From NCBI GenBank assembly GCA_016295615.1, contig JAEDKW010000001.1, forward strand, positions 1 through 53,262: 53,262 nt of DNA, in the 5' to 3' direction. Origin of the DNA: Oscillospiraceae bacterium. Its GTDB lineage: Bacteria > Bacillota > Clostridia > Oscillospirales > Oscillospiraceae. The position numbers and the translations under genes were made by a program. Position 1 is the first letter of the stretch; the number at the start of each line of letters is the position of its first letter. Shown piece after piece: positions 8,623-18,720 of the stretch. The notes under the pieces were generated by a model. It had not been told where the DNA came from and did not search any database. It worked only from the letters and a program-made list of their open reading frames with translations.

Positions 8623-10104
8623 TTACAGAATAATACAGATGAGTCCGCCGCTTCCCTCGTTGATAATACGCTCGAGCGTCTGGCGAAGCTTGGTGCGGGC
8701 ATCGTCCGGCATGTGCTTGAGCTTTGCCTGCAGATCCTCGTTGACGATCTCGTGGAAGCTGCGTCCGAAAATGTTGGACTGCCAGATTTTCCCGGTATCG
8801 CCCTCGAACTCCTGCAGTAAGTAGTTGACCATGTCTTCGGACTGCTTTTCGTTGCCGACAATGGGCGAGACGGTCGTCTCGATATCGGCGCGAATCATAT
8901 GGATGCTCGGTGCGCTCGCCTTGAGCTTGACGCCGTAGCGTCCGCCCTGCTTCATGATTTCCGGTTCTTCGAGATTCAGCTCGTCAACGCTCGGGACCAC
9001 GATGCCGTAGCCGGTGTCACGCGCATCCTGTACGGCCTGGGCGACCTTGTCGTACTCCGCCTTGACCGAGGAGAGCTGCGTCAGCAGCGACATCAAATCT
9101 CCGTCGTCCTTGACATCGAAGCCGGACTGCTGTGAAAGCGTTTGATAGAACAGCGACCGCGGAAGCTGCAATTCCGCCTGAGCGATACCCGTTCCGAGAT
9201 CGATCGAGAGCGTTTTTGCCGCGCTGATACTCTCGTATGCGCCCATCGCGGCAATCGCGGGCGCGATCTCGCGAATGCAGTGAAGTCCGCTCGAACCTTC
9301 GCGAATCGCCTGATACAGCCCGCATTTGATGGGATGCTCGTTGTCAAGCGCTTCTACCCACGGCGGGAGGAACAAGTCAAGCTCGGAAACCGGGAACTCA
9401 TAGAGGATCGCCTGCAGAATATCCGCAACGGCGGCATCGTCGAGCAGCAGACAGTTGACCGGCAGGCAGGTTACGCCGTAGCGGTCGGAAATATCGTTTG
9501 CGATCGCCTTGACGCGCGCAGAGTCCGGATCCTCGGCATTGAGCAGCACCAAAAACGGCTTGCCGATCTCCTGCAGCTCCCGGATGACGCGTCCCTCCGC
9601 CTCGACATATGCTTCGCGCGGAATGTCGGTGATGCTGCCGTCGGTGGTGATCACGATGCCGATGGTGGAGTGCTCACGGATCACGCGCGAGGTGCCGAGC
9701 TCCGCCGCTTCGCTCATCGTGACCTCATGGTCAAGCCACGGCGTCGTCACCATACGGGGATTCTCGCCCTCCATCGTGCCGGTCGCGCCGGGAACCATGT
9801 ATCCCACGCAGTCGATGAGCCGCACGGAACAGCTTCCGCCCTCGCCGAGCGCAATGTCGACCGCCTCCTCCGGAACGAACTTCGGCTCCGCCGTCATCAC
9901 CATGCGTCCGCTGCCGCTTTGCGGCAGCTCGTCTTTGGCGCGTTCTCTGCGGTAAACATTGTCGATGTTCGGAATGACCTGCGTTTCCATGAAGCGCTTG
10001 ATAAAGGTCGATTTCCCGGCACGCACGGGACCGACAACGCCGATATAGATGTCTCCGGAGGTACGGACGGAAATATCCTGATAGATTTGAGTGTTGGTAT
10101 TCAT
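8623..10104 (-). CDS. spoIVA: Stage IV sporulation protein A (spore coat ATPase)
   Basis: IYIGVVGPVRAGKSTFIKRF, DELPQS, EPKFVP motifs and C-terminal GGLICIIL. Confidence 0.97.
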   Translation of the reverse strand: MNTNTQIYQDISVRTSGDIYIGVVGPVRAGKSTFIKRFMETQVIPNIDNVYRRERAKDELPQSGSGRMVMTAEPKFVPEEAVDIALGEGGSCSVRLIDCVGYMVPGATGTMEGENPRMVTTPWLDHEVTMSEAAELGTSRVIREHSTIGIVITTDGSITDIPREAYVEAEGRVIRELQEIGKPFLVLLNAEDPDSARVKAIANDISDRYGVTCLPVNCLLLDDAAVADILQAILYEFPVSELDLFLPPWVEALDNEHPIKCGLYQAIREGSSGLHCIREIAPAIAAMGAYESISAAKTLSIDLGTGIAQAELQLPRSLFYQTLSQQSGFDVKDDGDLMSLLTQLSSVKAEYDKVAQAVQDARDTGYGIVVPSVDELNLEEPEIMKQGGRYGVKLKASAPSIHMIRADIETTVSPIVGNEKQSEDMVNYLLQEFEGDTGKIWQSNIFGRSFHEIVNEDLQAKLKHMPDDARTKLRQTLERIINEGSGGLICIIL

Positions 10105-10120
10105 CGTCTGACCTCCCTGC

Positions 10121-11662
10121 TCAGCGCTTGCGCGGGATCAGCAGCAGCTGACCGACCTTCGCCGCGGCTTCTTCCGCCATTTCATTTGCCTTGAGAATGT
10201 CTTCGACCGTTGTGCGGTACTGCTTGGCAAGATTCCACAGGGTCTCGCCCGATGACAGGGCGCGCAGCACCAGCGACGGCATGTTGAGCGATGTGTTTTC
10301 CTGCTTTTCCGCACTCAGAGACATCAGACACGGATAGCACGGTGCGGTAGCCGCCGCAACCGTGAACTCGACCGGACAGCGAACCTCGATCCCGCCGGCA
10401 GTCACGCTTGTCATTATGTCGTTTGCGCAGACGCTGCGGACGCTGATCCGTCCGGCTGCGGGGATATCCGTGTCGAGCGAGACCTCCGCACGGCGCTCAC
10501 ACAGCAGCGGACTCCCGTTTTCATCAAGATACAGCACCTTGATGTTGGCAGTCGCGCGCAGCGTGCAGCCGTCGCCGTTTCGCGAGACACTGACATTGCC
10601 GAAGGTAACGTCGGTGCAAAGGATGGTCTGTACGGCAACGCCGGTTTCAAGCTGCTCACGCAGCATTTGCTGGCGCAGGAACAGCTCGGGAGTTTCGGAT
10701 AACGCGATCTGCTCGCTCTTTGCGTTTAAGTCGTAGGCGGTGCTGTAAAGGTCGGCAATGCAGCAGATGCTTTTCGTCTGACGCAGAACAACAAAAGCGC
10801 TGATAAACAGCTTGAGCGATATCGTGTGCGTGTCATCCGGCGCATTGTCGCTGCCGATCCGCATTTCGCAGCCGGTCAGGCGCAGCAGGGCATCGCAATA
10901 GATCGCAGCTCCGGCATCTTCCTTCCCTTCTATGATCTGGGAAAACGGAAGCTCGCTGCTCATCTGCGAAATCACGCCGCTGTCCGTCAGGTACAGAACG
11001 TCCAGACACGCAACGCCCTTTAAAATGAGCTTGTTGCCCACGCTTTTGCACTCCGTTACGCGCAGTCTGCACTGTGAGCGCAGCAGCTCGCGCACGGGTT
11101 CCTTGACGCTCGAGAGCACGATCTCCTCGGAAAAAACAAAGTCCTTTTCCCGAATTCCCTGAATCAGCGAGATATCGTGGTTTTCACAGAGCGTCTCGAT
11201 TTTGTAAGCTTCCTTTTCCGCAATGCCGCCGCAGGTGGTCAGTGTTGTCGGCTCATACAGCGTGAGGCACAGGTCAATGGTGACCCTCGTGAAGATTTTT
11301 CTCGGGTTCAGCATGCGTACATCCGGTGCGCTGATATGTCCCTCCATGCACACTTCGCCGACACCTTTTCCGAAGCGTCCCTCAAGTGCATAGTCAACCG
11401 GTATGGAATAGTCGAGCGAGCGTATCCCCTGCGTATCCTCCGCCATGTAAAGAAGCGTCATTTTTACGGTGCCGGAAACGCCGATCTTCCCCTCTGTGAT
11501 CTCGCGGCTTCGCAGGAAAAGACAACCGCTTGCATCCACGATGCGTGCAATATCCGGACAGTAGTCCGGTACGATCGTTTCCATCGTCTCCTCGTGTGTA
11601 TCGCATAGCTGCGGTAATGCCTGATAACAGGCAAAGTGCTCCTGTTGCAGTTCCAGTTCCAT
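10121..11662 (-). CDS. SPOCS (DUF3794) repeats plus C-terminal LysM coat morphogenetic protein (SipL-like)
   Basis: IVPDYCPDIARI repeat-type domains and C-terminal LysM (GETLWNLAKQYRTTVEDILKAN..GQLLLIP). Adjacent to spoIVA. Confidence 0.85.
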   Translation of the reverse strand: MELELQQEHFACYQALPQLCDTHEETMETIVPDYCPDIARIVDASGCLFLRSREITEGKIGVSGTVKMTLLYMAEDTQGIRSLDYSIPVDYALEGRFGKGVGEVCMEGHISAPDVRMLNPRKIFTRVTIDLCLTLYEPTTLTTCGGIAEKEAYKIETLCENHDISLIQGIREKDFVFSEEIVLSSVKEPVRELLRSQCRLRVTECKSVGNKLILKGVACLDVLYLTDSGVISQMSSELPFSQIIEGKEDAGAAIYCDALLRLTGCEMRIGSDNAPDDTHTISLKLFISAFVVLRQTKSICCIADLYSTAYDLNAKSEQIALSETPELFLRQQMLREQLETGVAVQTILCTDVTFGNVSVSRNGDGCTLRATANIKVLYLDENGSPLLCERRAEVSLDTDIPAAGRISVRSVCANDIMTSVTAGGIEVRCPVEFTVAAATAPCYPCLMSLSAEKQENTSLNMPSLVLRALSSGETLWNLAKQYRTTVEDILKANEMAEEAAAKVGQLLLIPRKR

Positions 11663-11694
11663 GGTAGTCCTCTCCTTTGGCACGGTGTTGCTTC

Positions 11695-11723
11695 ACTTTA
11701 TGCCGCAGGAAAGTTGAATATGC
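11695..11723 (-). promoter_or_regulatory. sigmaE-type promoter of sipL-spoIVA
   Basis: Minus strand GCATATT-14-CATAAAGT, close to the sigmaE consensus. Confidence 0.7.
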
Positions 11724-11731
11724 CAAGCAGT

Positions 11732-11806
11732 TTATTCTTTGATGCCGAACATCCGGCGCAAAACGCCGCGGAGAAACTTCGGTGACTTCCAAATGACGAT
11801 TTTCAT
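11732..11806 (-). CDS. spoVM: Stage V sporulation protein M (24 aa, not in ORF track)
   Basis: MKIVIWKSPKFLRGVLRRMFGIKE resembles B. subtilis SpoVM (MKFYTIKLPKFLGGIVRAMLG), including Pro9. RBS GGGGAG. Position downstream of rsgA is the usual one. Confidence 0.88.
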   Translation of the reverse strand: MKIVIWKSPKFLRGVLRRMFGIKE

Positions 11807-11816
11807 AGACTCCCCC

Positions 11817-11969
11817 CTAAAATCTTTTCATACAGCCGATTCCGCAGAAGATCAGCAAAAATGCCACCAAAAACATCAGCGCACCGACAGGAAAGACAGC
11901 AACGATAAAGATCGCAAGACCGAGCGCGAGTGCGCAAAGTCCTACACAATGCCAGGGATTGCGATACAT
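11817..11969 (-). CDS. 50-aa hydrophobic two-TM microprotein (not in ORF track)
   Basis: MYRNPWHCVGLCALALGLAIFIVAVFPVGALMFLVAFLLIFCGIGCMKRF. Strong RBS GGAGGAAGG. Stop lies 10 nt before the spoVM start. Confidence 0.75.
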   Translation of the reverse strand: MYRNPWHCVGLCALALGLAIFIVAVFPVGALMFLVAFLLIFCGIGCMKRF

Positions 11970-12043
11970 GTTCCCTTCCTCCTCTCCCCGCTTATGTTTT
12001 TGCTATCACAGTATATACACCGACGGCATGACCGGTCACATAA

Positions 12044-12079
12044 GAAAGAGAGCGGATCGATATCGATTCACTCTCTTTC
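12044..12079 (-). terminator. Terminator after rsgA
   Basis: GAAAGAGAG...CTCTCTTTC stem with inner pairing. Confidence 0.65.
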
Positions 12080-12082
12080 GTT

Positions 12083-12958
12083 TCAGTTTTGCCATTCCCT
12101 GAGGTCTTTGAGCTCCTGATAGAGTCTCACATAGCTCTCATGCCGTCCCCTGACGATCTTTCCTGAGCGTACAGCTTCCAGCACGGCACAGCCCTTTTCC
12201 CTGGTGTGGCTGCAGCCGGCAAAGCGGCAGTCATCGAGGTACGGCGCAAATTCGGGAAACGTCTCGGGAAGACGGTGCTTCAGCTCAAGATTCATCTCGT
12301 CCGTTTCAAAGGAAGAGAAACCCGGTGTATCAATGACCTCCGCACCGCCGGCGATGCGGTAAAGCTCCACATGGCGCGTCGTATGGCGGCCGCGGCCGAG
12401 CGCCATACTCACCTCGCCCACCTGAATCTGTATGCCGGGATCGAGCGCATTCAAAATACTGGACTTTCCAACGCCGGAGTTTCCTGTAAAGGCGGAAAGC
12501 TTTCCGGCGATTGCCGCGCGAAGCGCATCCAGACCCTCACCTGTTTCGGCACTGACGCAAAGCGGGGAGAATCCCGCGGCGGTATAGTATGCGCTCAGCT
12601 CCTGCGCGGGATCGAGATCACACTTATTGATGCAAATGAGCACGTCGCAGTTTTTGAGCGCCGCAACTGCGGTCATTCGGTCCACGAGATACGGGTCCGT
12701 CTTCGGTATCGCATGGGAGCAGATGATCACGAGCTGATCAATGTTGGCGACAGACGGACGGTCAAAGAAGTTCCTGCGCGGCAGGATCTCTTCCACGCGT
12801 CCCTCCCCGTTTCCGAGGTCAATGATCTCAACAAAATCGCCGACCAAAGGGGACAGCCCGTCTCTGCGGAATTTTCCGCGCGCCTTACAGCGGATCATGC
12901 GGTCATCGCAATGGACGTAATAGAAGCCGCTGAGCGCCTTATGAATTCTTCCCCTCAC
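12083..12958 (-). CDS. rsgA: Ribosome small subunit-dependent GTPase A
   Basis: Circularly permuted GTPase (NKCD, GNSGVGKS, GRHTT, DTPG) and C-terminal Zn site. Confidence 0.95.
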   Translation of the reverse strand: MRGRIHKALSGFYYVHCDDRMIRCKARGKFRRDGLSPLVGDFVEIIDLGNGEGRVEEILPRRNFFDRPSVANIDQLVIICSHAIPKTDPYLVDRMTAVAALKNCDVLICINKCDLDPAQELSAYYTAAGFSPLCVSAETGEGLDALRAAIAGKLSAFTGNSGVGKSSILNALDPGIQIQVGEVSMALGRGRHTTRHVELYRIAGGAEVIDTPGFSSFETDEMNLELKHRLPETFPEFAPYLDDCRFAGCSHTREKGCAVLEAVRSGKIVRGRHESYVRLYQELKDLREWQN

Positions 12959-14682
12959 GGCGCCACCGGTTCTTTCGACCGGTCAGACGAAGTGTGTCCC
13001 CCGCTGACAACAAGGTCGATCGTTGTGCCGGCAGGAACCGTCTGATTTGCTTCCACGCTTTGATCAATTACAATACCCGCTTCGACGGAAGAGCTGCTGT
13101 CATAGGTGACCTCACCGCAGACAAGACCGAGCTGCACGAGATTCTGCCGCACGGTGTCAATATCGAACCCGGTGCAGGTCGGAACGGTGACCGGCTTCTG
13201 CTCTACGCCCTTGCTGATGACCAGTGTGATCGTGTCACCGGCCTGAATGGTTTCGCCGGAAGCCGGCACGGTTTTAATAATACAGCCGGAAGTGACGGAA
13301 TCGGAATAGTCCTCCGTATTTTCAAATTTCAAATCAAGGTCAAGGTTTTTCAGCTGGATCGTAGCGGAGCGATACTCCTGCCCCACAAGGTTCGGCATAG
13401 GCTCGGTTTTGATACCGGTGCTGACAAAAACAGAGATCACGCGGTCGCCTTTAACGATCTTGCCCTTTTCCGGCGTCTGCTCAATGATCTGCCCGGCGGG
13501 ATACTCGCTGCTTGCGCGCTGACCGATCTGTTCAATGGTAAAAACACTGCTGATCTTGGGATCTGCAAGCACTTCCTCCATGGTTTTGCCCAAAAGGTTA
13601 GGAACAGCAAATTCCGTTTGGACAGGATTTGAAAAGCTGCCAAAAATAAAGTGAAACAGTGCAAAGATAATGGCGGCGGCGGCAAGGATGCCTCCGACGA
13701 GCGCAAGCATTTTACGCGTCTTGCTGCCGCTCACGGCGTCTTCTTCGTCCTCTTCCTCAGCAGAATAAGAGTTGACGGCCTTTACGGCAGGAATATACTG
13801 AGTCGGTTCCGTGTTCACTTCGCGGCGAAGGTCTTCAATCGTAAAATCGAGGTCGACTTCGGGATTCTTGCGGAACTCTTCGAGGTCAGCGAGCATTTCA
13901 TCTGCCGAATGATAGCGTTTTTCCATGTCCGACGCCATTGCCTTCATGCAGATGAGCTCCAGCGCCTCCGGCACCTCCGGGTTGATCTCACGCGGAGAAA
14001 GCGGTACGGAACTCAGGTGCTGGATCGCGACGGAAACGGCGCTGTCGCCCTCAAAGGGCAGCCGGTTGGTCAGAAGCTCATAGAGGACGACGCCGGCGCT
14101 GTAAATGTCAGAGCGCGCATCGATGCGGTCGCCCTTTGCCTGCTCAGGCGAAATATAGTGGACGGAGCCCAGCGCTTCCTGCGTGAGCGTTTGCGCCGAG
14201 TTGGAAAGACAGGCGATGCCGAAGTCAGCCACCTTAACGCTTCCGTCCCGCAGTACCATAATGTTCTGCGGCTTAATGTCACGGTGGATGATGCCGCGGG
14301 AATGCGCGTGGCTGAGCCCCTTCATGATCTGAGTAATAAAATGGAGCGCTTCACGCCAGTTGAGCTGACCGCGCTTTTCCATGTATTGCTTGAGCGTGAT
14401 CCCGTCGATGAGCTCCATGACGATGTATTCCGTTTCGCCGCGGGACACGTCGTAGACCGAGACAATATTCGGATGGGACAGCATAGCAACTGCCTGCGAT
14501 TCGTCACGGAAACGGCGGCGGAAATCGGCATCTTCCGCAAGGTCGCTTTTGAGCACCTTGACGGCAACAAGACGATTCAGCCGGTGGCACTTTGCCTTGT
14601 ACACGACCGCCATGCCGCCGCTGCCGATCACTTCGAGCAGCTCATAGCGATTGTCCAGCATTTTACCAATCATTTTATCCAT
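12955..14682 (-). CDS. prkC: PASTA-domain Ser/Thr kinase (Stk1/PrkC)
   Basis: [18 protein letters not shown] and DFG motifs, one TM helix, about 3 PASTA repeats. Confidence 0.95.
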   Translation of the reverse strand: MDKMIGKMLDNRYELLEVIGSGGMAVVYKAKCHRLNRLVAVKVLKSDLAEDADFRRRFRDESQAVAMLSHPNIVSVYDVSRGETEYIVMELIDGITLKQYMEKRGQLNWREALHFITQIMKGLSHAHSRGIIHRDIKPQNIMVLRDGSVKVADFGIACLSNSAQTLTQEALGSVHYISPEQAKGDRIDARSDIYSAGVVLYELLTNRLPFEGDSAVSVAIQHLSSVPLSPREINPEVPEALELICMKAMASDMEKRYHSADEMLADLEEFRKNPEVDLDFTIEDLRREVNTEPTQYIPAVKAVNSYSAEEEDEEDAVSGSKTRKMLALVGGILAAAAIIFALFHFIFGSFSNPVQTEFAVPNLLGKTMEEVLADPKISSVFTIEQIGQRASSEYPAGQIIEQTPEKGKIVKGDRVISVFVSTGIKTEPMPNLVGQEYRSATIQLKNLDLDLKFENTEDYSDSVTSGCIIKTVPASGETIQAGDTITLVISKGVEQKPVTVPTCTGFDIDTVRQNLVQLGLVCGEVTYDSSSSVEAGIVIDQSVEANQTVPAGTTIDLVVSGGHTSSDRSKEPVAP

Positions 14683-14697
14683 ACCGATCCCCCTTCC

Positions 14698-15429
14698 TTA
14701 CCGGTTTTTCAGCAGAACGGCAGTGACGTTGTCAGGCGCGCCGTGCTGCCGGGCGAGCGCAATGAGGCGCTCCAGCCCCTCGTTCAGGTCATCTGCGCTG
14801 CAAACGGCGCGGCAGATCTCCTCATCTGTCGCCGCCACGACCAGACCGTCCGTGCAGAGCAGCAGCAGATCGCCGTCCTCCAGCGTCATTTCATAGGTGT
14901 CGCAGGGCATGCTGCTCTCGGGTCCGAGCGCGCGGGTGATCAGGTTGCGGTTCGGGTGTGTGCGCGCCTCCTCCGCGGTAATATCGCCGCTTTCCACCAG
15001 ATGCTCCACGACGGAATGGTCGTGCGTAATGCGGCGGATCTCCCCGGCGCGGATGAGGTAGGCGCGGCTGTCGCCGATGTTGCTGATCACGGCGCCGCCC
15101 TGATAGACGATGGCGGACACAAGCGTTGTTCCCATGCCCTGACAGTCCGGATCCTCCAGGGCGCGCCGATGCACGGCGGTATTTGCCTGCGCAACGCAGA
15201 AGGACGAAAGCTCGCGCAGCTGCTGCGGCGCCATATCCTCCTTCAGCATGGTCCTGAGCTGCTCCATATAGGTATCCACGGCAAGCGAACTTGCGGTTTT
15301 TCCGCCGCGCTGACCGCCCATACCGTCACAAACGACGGCAAGGAGGTGCGCAGGAGTTTCCGCGACCGTGAAGGTATCCTGATTTTCCTGGCGATGCAGG
15401 CCGATATCCGTCAAGCCGGAAGCCCTCAT
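14698..15429 (-). CDS. prpC: PP2C Ser/Thr phosphatase (Stp1/PrpC)
   Basis: RQENQD, DGMGG, GMGTT, GDSRAY, DG and DNVT motifs. Confidence 0.95.
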   Translation of the reverse strand: MRASGLTDIGLHRQENQDTFTVAETPAHLLAVVCDGMGGQRGGKTASSLAVDTYMEQLRTMLKEDMAPQQLRELSSFCVAQANTAVHRRALEDPDCQGMGTTLVSAIVYQGGAVISNIGDSRAYLIRAGEIRRITHDHSVVEHLVESGDITAEEARTHPNRNLITRALGPESSMPCDTYEMTLEDGDLLLLCTDGLVVAATDEEICRAVCSADDLNEGLERLIALARQHGAPDNVTAVLLKNR

Positions 15430-16463
15430 GCGGTTACACCCCCTTGTTTCTCCGATTCTTTGCGCCTGAGCTGACCGCAGGACGCATCAATATCCCCGCC
15501 GAGACTGCGGCGGACGGTTGCGGTGATGCCATGCGACTCCAGCCGCTTTTGGAATGCGGCGACGCGCCGGCTGGGCTTGAATTCGCTTTCCGTCACATCG
15601 TTGAGCGGAATCAGATTCACATGACCCGGCATACCCCGTATCTTTTTGGCAAGCAGATCCGCCTGCCAGTCATTGTCGTTTACGCCGTCGATCATCGCAT
15701 ATTCAAACGAGATGCGCCGTCCGGTCTTTTGGAAGTAGCGATGGCAGGCGGCAAACAGCTCCTCTACGTCGTAAGAACGATTGACGGGCATGATGCGGCT
15801 GCGTGTCTCGCTGTCCGGCGCGTGCAGGGAGACCGAAAGCGTCAGCTGCAGATCCTCCTGCGCCAGGGCGTCGATGCCAGGCACGATGCCGCAGGTGGAA
15901 AGCGAGATGTGGCGCATGCCGATATTCAGCCCGTCCGGATGGTTGACAAGCTGCAAAAAACGCAGGACCGTCTCGCGGTTATCAAGCGGCTCACCAATGC
16001 CCATGAGGACGATATTGGAGATCTCCCTGCCGGAGTCAAGCCGGGTAAAGAGCACCTGGTCGAGCATCTCCGAGGCGCGCAGATCGCGCACCTTGCCTGC
16101 GATCGTTGATGCGCAGAACTTACAGCCCATGCGGCAGCCTACCTGTGAGGAAATGCAGACCGTATTTCCGTGGTGATAGGACATAAGTACCGTTTCAATA
16201 CAGTTCCCGTCAGACAGCCGCCAAAGGTATTTCGTTGTGCCGTCGAGCTTGGAAACCTGCTTGCATGCGATCTCGGGAGAAGTGATGTAATACTCCGCAG
16301 CGAGCCTTGCACGCAGATCTTTCGAAAGATCGCTCATTTCGTCGAACGATCTCGCGCCTTTATGAAGCCAGGAGAAAATCTGTTTGCCGCGAAACGCGCT
16401 CTCGCCCATTTCCCTGAGCGCTGCGGTAATTTCTCCCTGCGTCATAGATTTGATATCAGTCAT
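15426..16463 (-). CDS. rlmN: 23S rRNA m2A2503 methyltransferase (radical SAM)
   Basis: CISSQVGCRMGCKFC, MGIGEP and ASCGQL motifs. Confidence 0.95.
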   Translation of the reverse strand: MTDIKSMTQGEITAALREMGESAFRGKQIFSWLHKGARSFDEMSDLSKDLRARLAAEYYITSPEIACKQVSKLDGTTKYLWRLSDGNCIETVLMSYHHGNTVCISSQVGCRMGCKFCASTIAGKVRDLRASEMLDQVLFTRLDSGREISNIVLMGIGEPLDNRETVLRFLQLVNHPDGLNIGMRHISLSTCGIVPGIDALAQEDLQLTLSVSLHAPDSETRSRIMPVNRSYDVEELFAACHRYFQKTGRRISFEYAMIDGVNDNDWQADLLAKKIRGMPGHVNLIPLNDVTESEFKPSRRVAAFQKRLESHGITATVRRSLGGDIDASCGQLRRKESEKQGGVTA

Positions 16464-17787
16464 GCTCTCTCCTTCTCATGCGGCAGATATAAAAGCCGTC
16501 GGTTGCATGTAGCTGCGGCCACATCGTCAGGTGACCGGAAACCTCCCCGACCGGTGCGGGGAAGGTGAATGCTTCGTAACAAAAGTCGGGGTGCGATGCC
16601 AAAAAAACATCTGTTACCTGCTCGTTTTCCTCGGGCAGGATCGTGCAGGTGGAATAGACCAGCGTGCCGCCGGGTCTTACATAGCGGGCGCTGTTCGCGA
16701 GAATCGACGCCTGAATTTCGGGCAGACGGGCAAGCTCGGACGCATCCTTGTAGCGCACGTCGGGCTTTTTGCGAATGATGCCCAGACCGGAGCAGGGCAC
16801 GTCGCAGAGCACGACGTCAAACGTCTCGTTCCACTCCCCGTGAAACACACGCCCGTCCGCTGCAGCTGTTTCAATGCAGGTGATACCGAGCCGCTGCGCG
16901 CCTTCCCGGATCCGCTTCAGCTTATTTTCATGCAGGTCGCACGAGAGGATCGTCCCCTCGTTTTCCATCGAAAACGCCGCAGCGAACGACTTTCCGCCGG
17001 GAGCGGCGCAAACGTCAAGAACGCGGTCTCCGCGCCGGCAGCCGGCGGCGCAGACGGCGAGCTTTGCCGCCGCGTCCTGTACCGTGAAGTATCCCCTGTA
17101 AAAAGCGGGAAGCGTCGTAAGATCGCCGGTGCCGGAAAGCTCCAGACAGTCCGGCACCCACGCGTGCCGCCTTACGCTGACGCCGGCATCCGCGATCTCA
17201 CGCGCCAGCGCCTCCGCTGTGGTTTTGAGCGGGTTGACCTGAACGGTCATGGGTGCGGTCTCGTTGTTCAGACGAAGAAACGCCTCCGTTTGTTCCGCGC
17301 CAAGCAGGTCGAGCAGCCGCTCCACCAGCCACGCAGGATGGCTGTATCGGATCGAAAGCTGCGCTGCGGCTTCCGCCGGCAGCTGCGGCAAATTCGCCTG
17401 ATTCTGTGAAATTTTGCGCAGGACCGCATTCACAAGCCCCGACGCCTGCGCGCGCCCGGCGCTCTTTGCCAGCGTCACCGCCTCATTGACTGCGGCGCGG
17501 TCCGGTACCTTATCCAGAAACAGGATCTGATAGGCGCCGATGCGCAGGATGTCCAGCAGCGGCGGCTGCAGATGGTCGGGCTTTTGTGAGCAATAGGCGC
17601 CGATATAAAAGTCAAGCAGCAGCTTATTCTGCATGACGCCGTAAACGATGCGGCTGCACAGCGCCGCGTCGGGTGCGGAAAGCGTGTTGGTTTTAAGCGC
17701 CGATTTGAGCGCCGCATCCGCCCAGGCATTGTTTTTGCGGCAGGCGATAAGAACCTGCAGGGCGCATTCGCGTGCATTCGCTTTCAT
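16456..17787 (-). CDS. rsmB: 16S rRNA m5C967 methyltransferase
   Basis: NusB-like N-terminus, DVCAAPGGK, DVPCSGLG and YSTCT motifs. Confidence 0.95.
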   Translation of the reverse strand: MKANARECALQVLIACRKNNAWADAALKSALKTNTLSAPDAALCSRIVYGVMQNKLLLDFYIGAYCSQKPDHLQPPLLDILRIGAYQILFLDKVPDRAAVNEAVTLAKSAGRAQASGLVNAVLRKISQNQANLPQLPAEAAAQLSIRYSHPAWLVERLLDLLGAEQTEAFLRLNNETAPMTVQVNPLKTTAEALAREIADAGVSVRRHAWVPDCLELSGTGDLTTLPAFYRGYFTVQDAAAKLAVCAAGCRRGDRVLDVCAAPGGKSFAAAFSMENEGTILSCDLHENKLKRIREGAQRLGITCIETAAADGRVFHGEWNETFDVVLCDVPCSGLGIIRKKPDVRYKDASELARLPEIQASILANSARYVRPGGTLVYSTCTILPEENEQVTDVFLASHPDFCYEAFTFPAPVGEVSGHLTMWPQLHATDGFYICRMRRREHD

Positions 17788-17796
17788 ACCGGCTCC

Positions 17797-18720
17797 TTAG
17801 TTCAGATAAGTTCCGGCAGCGATGCGCCTGCCGTTGAGATATGCGCTTGCCGCCATGCGCTTGCCGCCATCCGGCTGCAGCTCGGTAATGACGACGCTCT
17901 CCCCGTTGCCGCAGGCAACCTCGATGCCGCGCTTGACGACCTTCATTCTGCCGGCAGTCTCATTCGTGGTACCGCCCGTTTCGGCGCGGTAGACTTTGAC
18001 GGTTTTGTCCCCAAGCTGCATCGCGGCGCAGGGCCATGGGATCAGACCGCGGATCTGATCGAGGATCTGCGTGCTTGTCCTGCTCCAGTCGATTGGGGAC
18101 AGGTCGCGTGAGAGCATGGGCGCGTAGGTCGCATTTTCGTGATCCTGCGGCGTGCGGCTTGCCGTGCCGTTTTTGATCTGTTCGATCGCCTCGGAAATGG
18201 CATCGGAGCCGAGCTTTGCCAGCTCAAGGAATAATTCCTCCGCGTTCATCTCCGGCGGAACAGGCATTTTCTTCCTGAGGATCATGTCTCCGGTGTCGCA
18301 CGTTTCCGCCATGTGCATGATGGTGACGCCGGTCTCCTGTTCGCCGTTGAGGATCGCCCAGTTGATCGGCGCTGCGCCGCGATACTTCGGAAGAAGCGAG
18401 GCATGCACGTTGATGCAGCCCAGCGGCGGGACGTCAAGCATCTCCTTCGGAAGAATGCGCCCGTAGGCGGCAACGACGACCAGCTCCGGCTGCAATGCCT
18501 GAAGATCGGCAAGTGCCGTGCCGTCACGCATTTTGACGGGCTGAAAAACGGGGATCCCATGTTCGATCGCGCATTCCTTTACGGGCGACGGTGTGACCCT
18601 GCCGCGGTTTCGGGGCTTGTCCGGCTGCGTAAAAACGCCGCAAAGCGCATGCCCGTCCGCGATCAGCCGCTCGAGAATTGTGCGGGCAAATTCAGGCGTA
18701 CCCATAAAGACGATCCTCAT
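17797..18720 (-). CDS. fmt: Methionyl-tRNA formyltransferase
   Basis: MRIVFMGTPEFA and NVHASLLPKYRGAAP motifs. Confidence 0.97.
   Translation of the reverse strand: MRIVFMGTPEFARTILERLIADGHALCGVFTQPDKPRNRGRVTPSPVKECAIEHGIPVFQPVKMRDGTALADLQALQPELVVVAAYGRILPKEMLDVPPLGCINVHASLLPKYRGAAPINWAILNGEQETGVTIMHMAETCDTGDMILRKKMPVPPEMNAEELFLELAKLGSDAISEAIEQIKNGTASRTPQDHENATYAPMLSRDLSPIDWSRTSTQILDQIRGLIPWPCAAMQLGDKTVKVYRAETGGTTNETAGRMKVVKRGIEVACGNGESVVITELQPDGGKRMAASAYLNGRRIAAGTYLN

Noticed and set aside
11739..12119. 126-aa plus-strand ORF in the rsgA-sipL gap
   Set aside because: Antisense to spoVM and the 50-aa ORF, which have RBSs and protein-like sequence.
13651..15474. 607-aa antisense ORF over prkC/prpC
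   Set aside because: Shadow ORF opposite well-supported genes.
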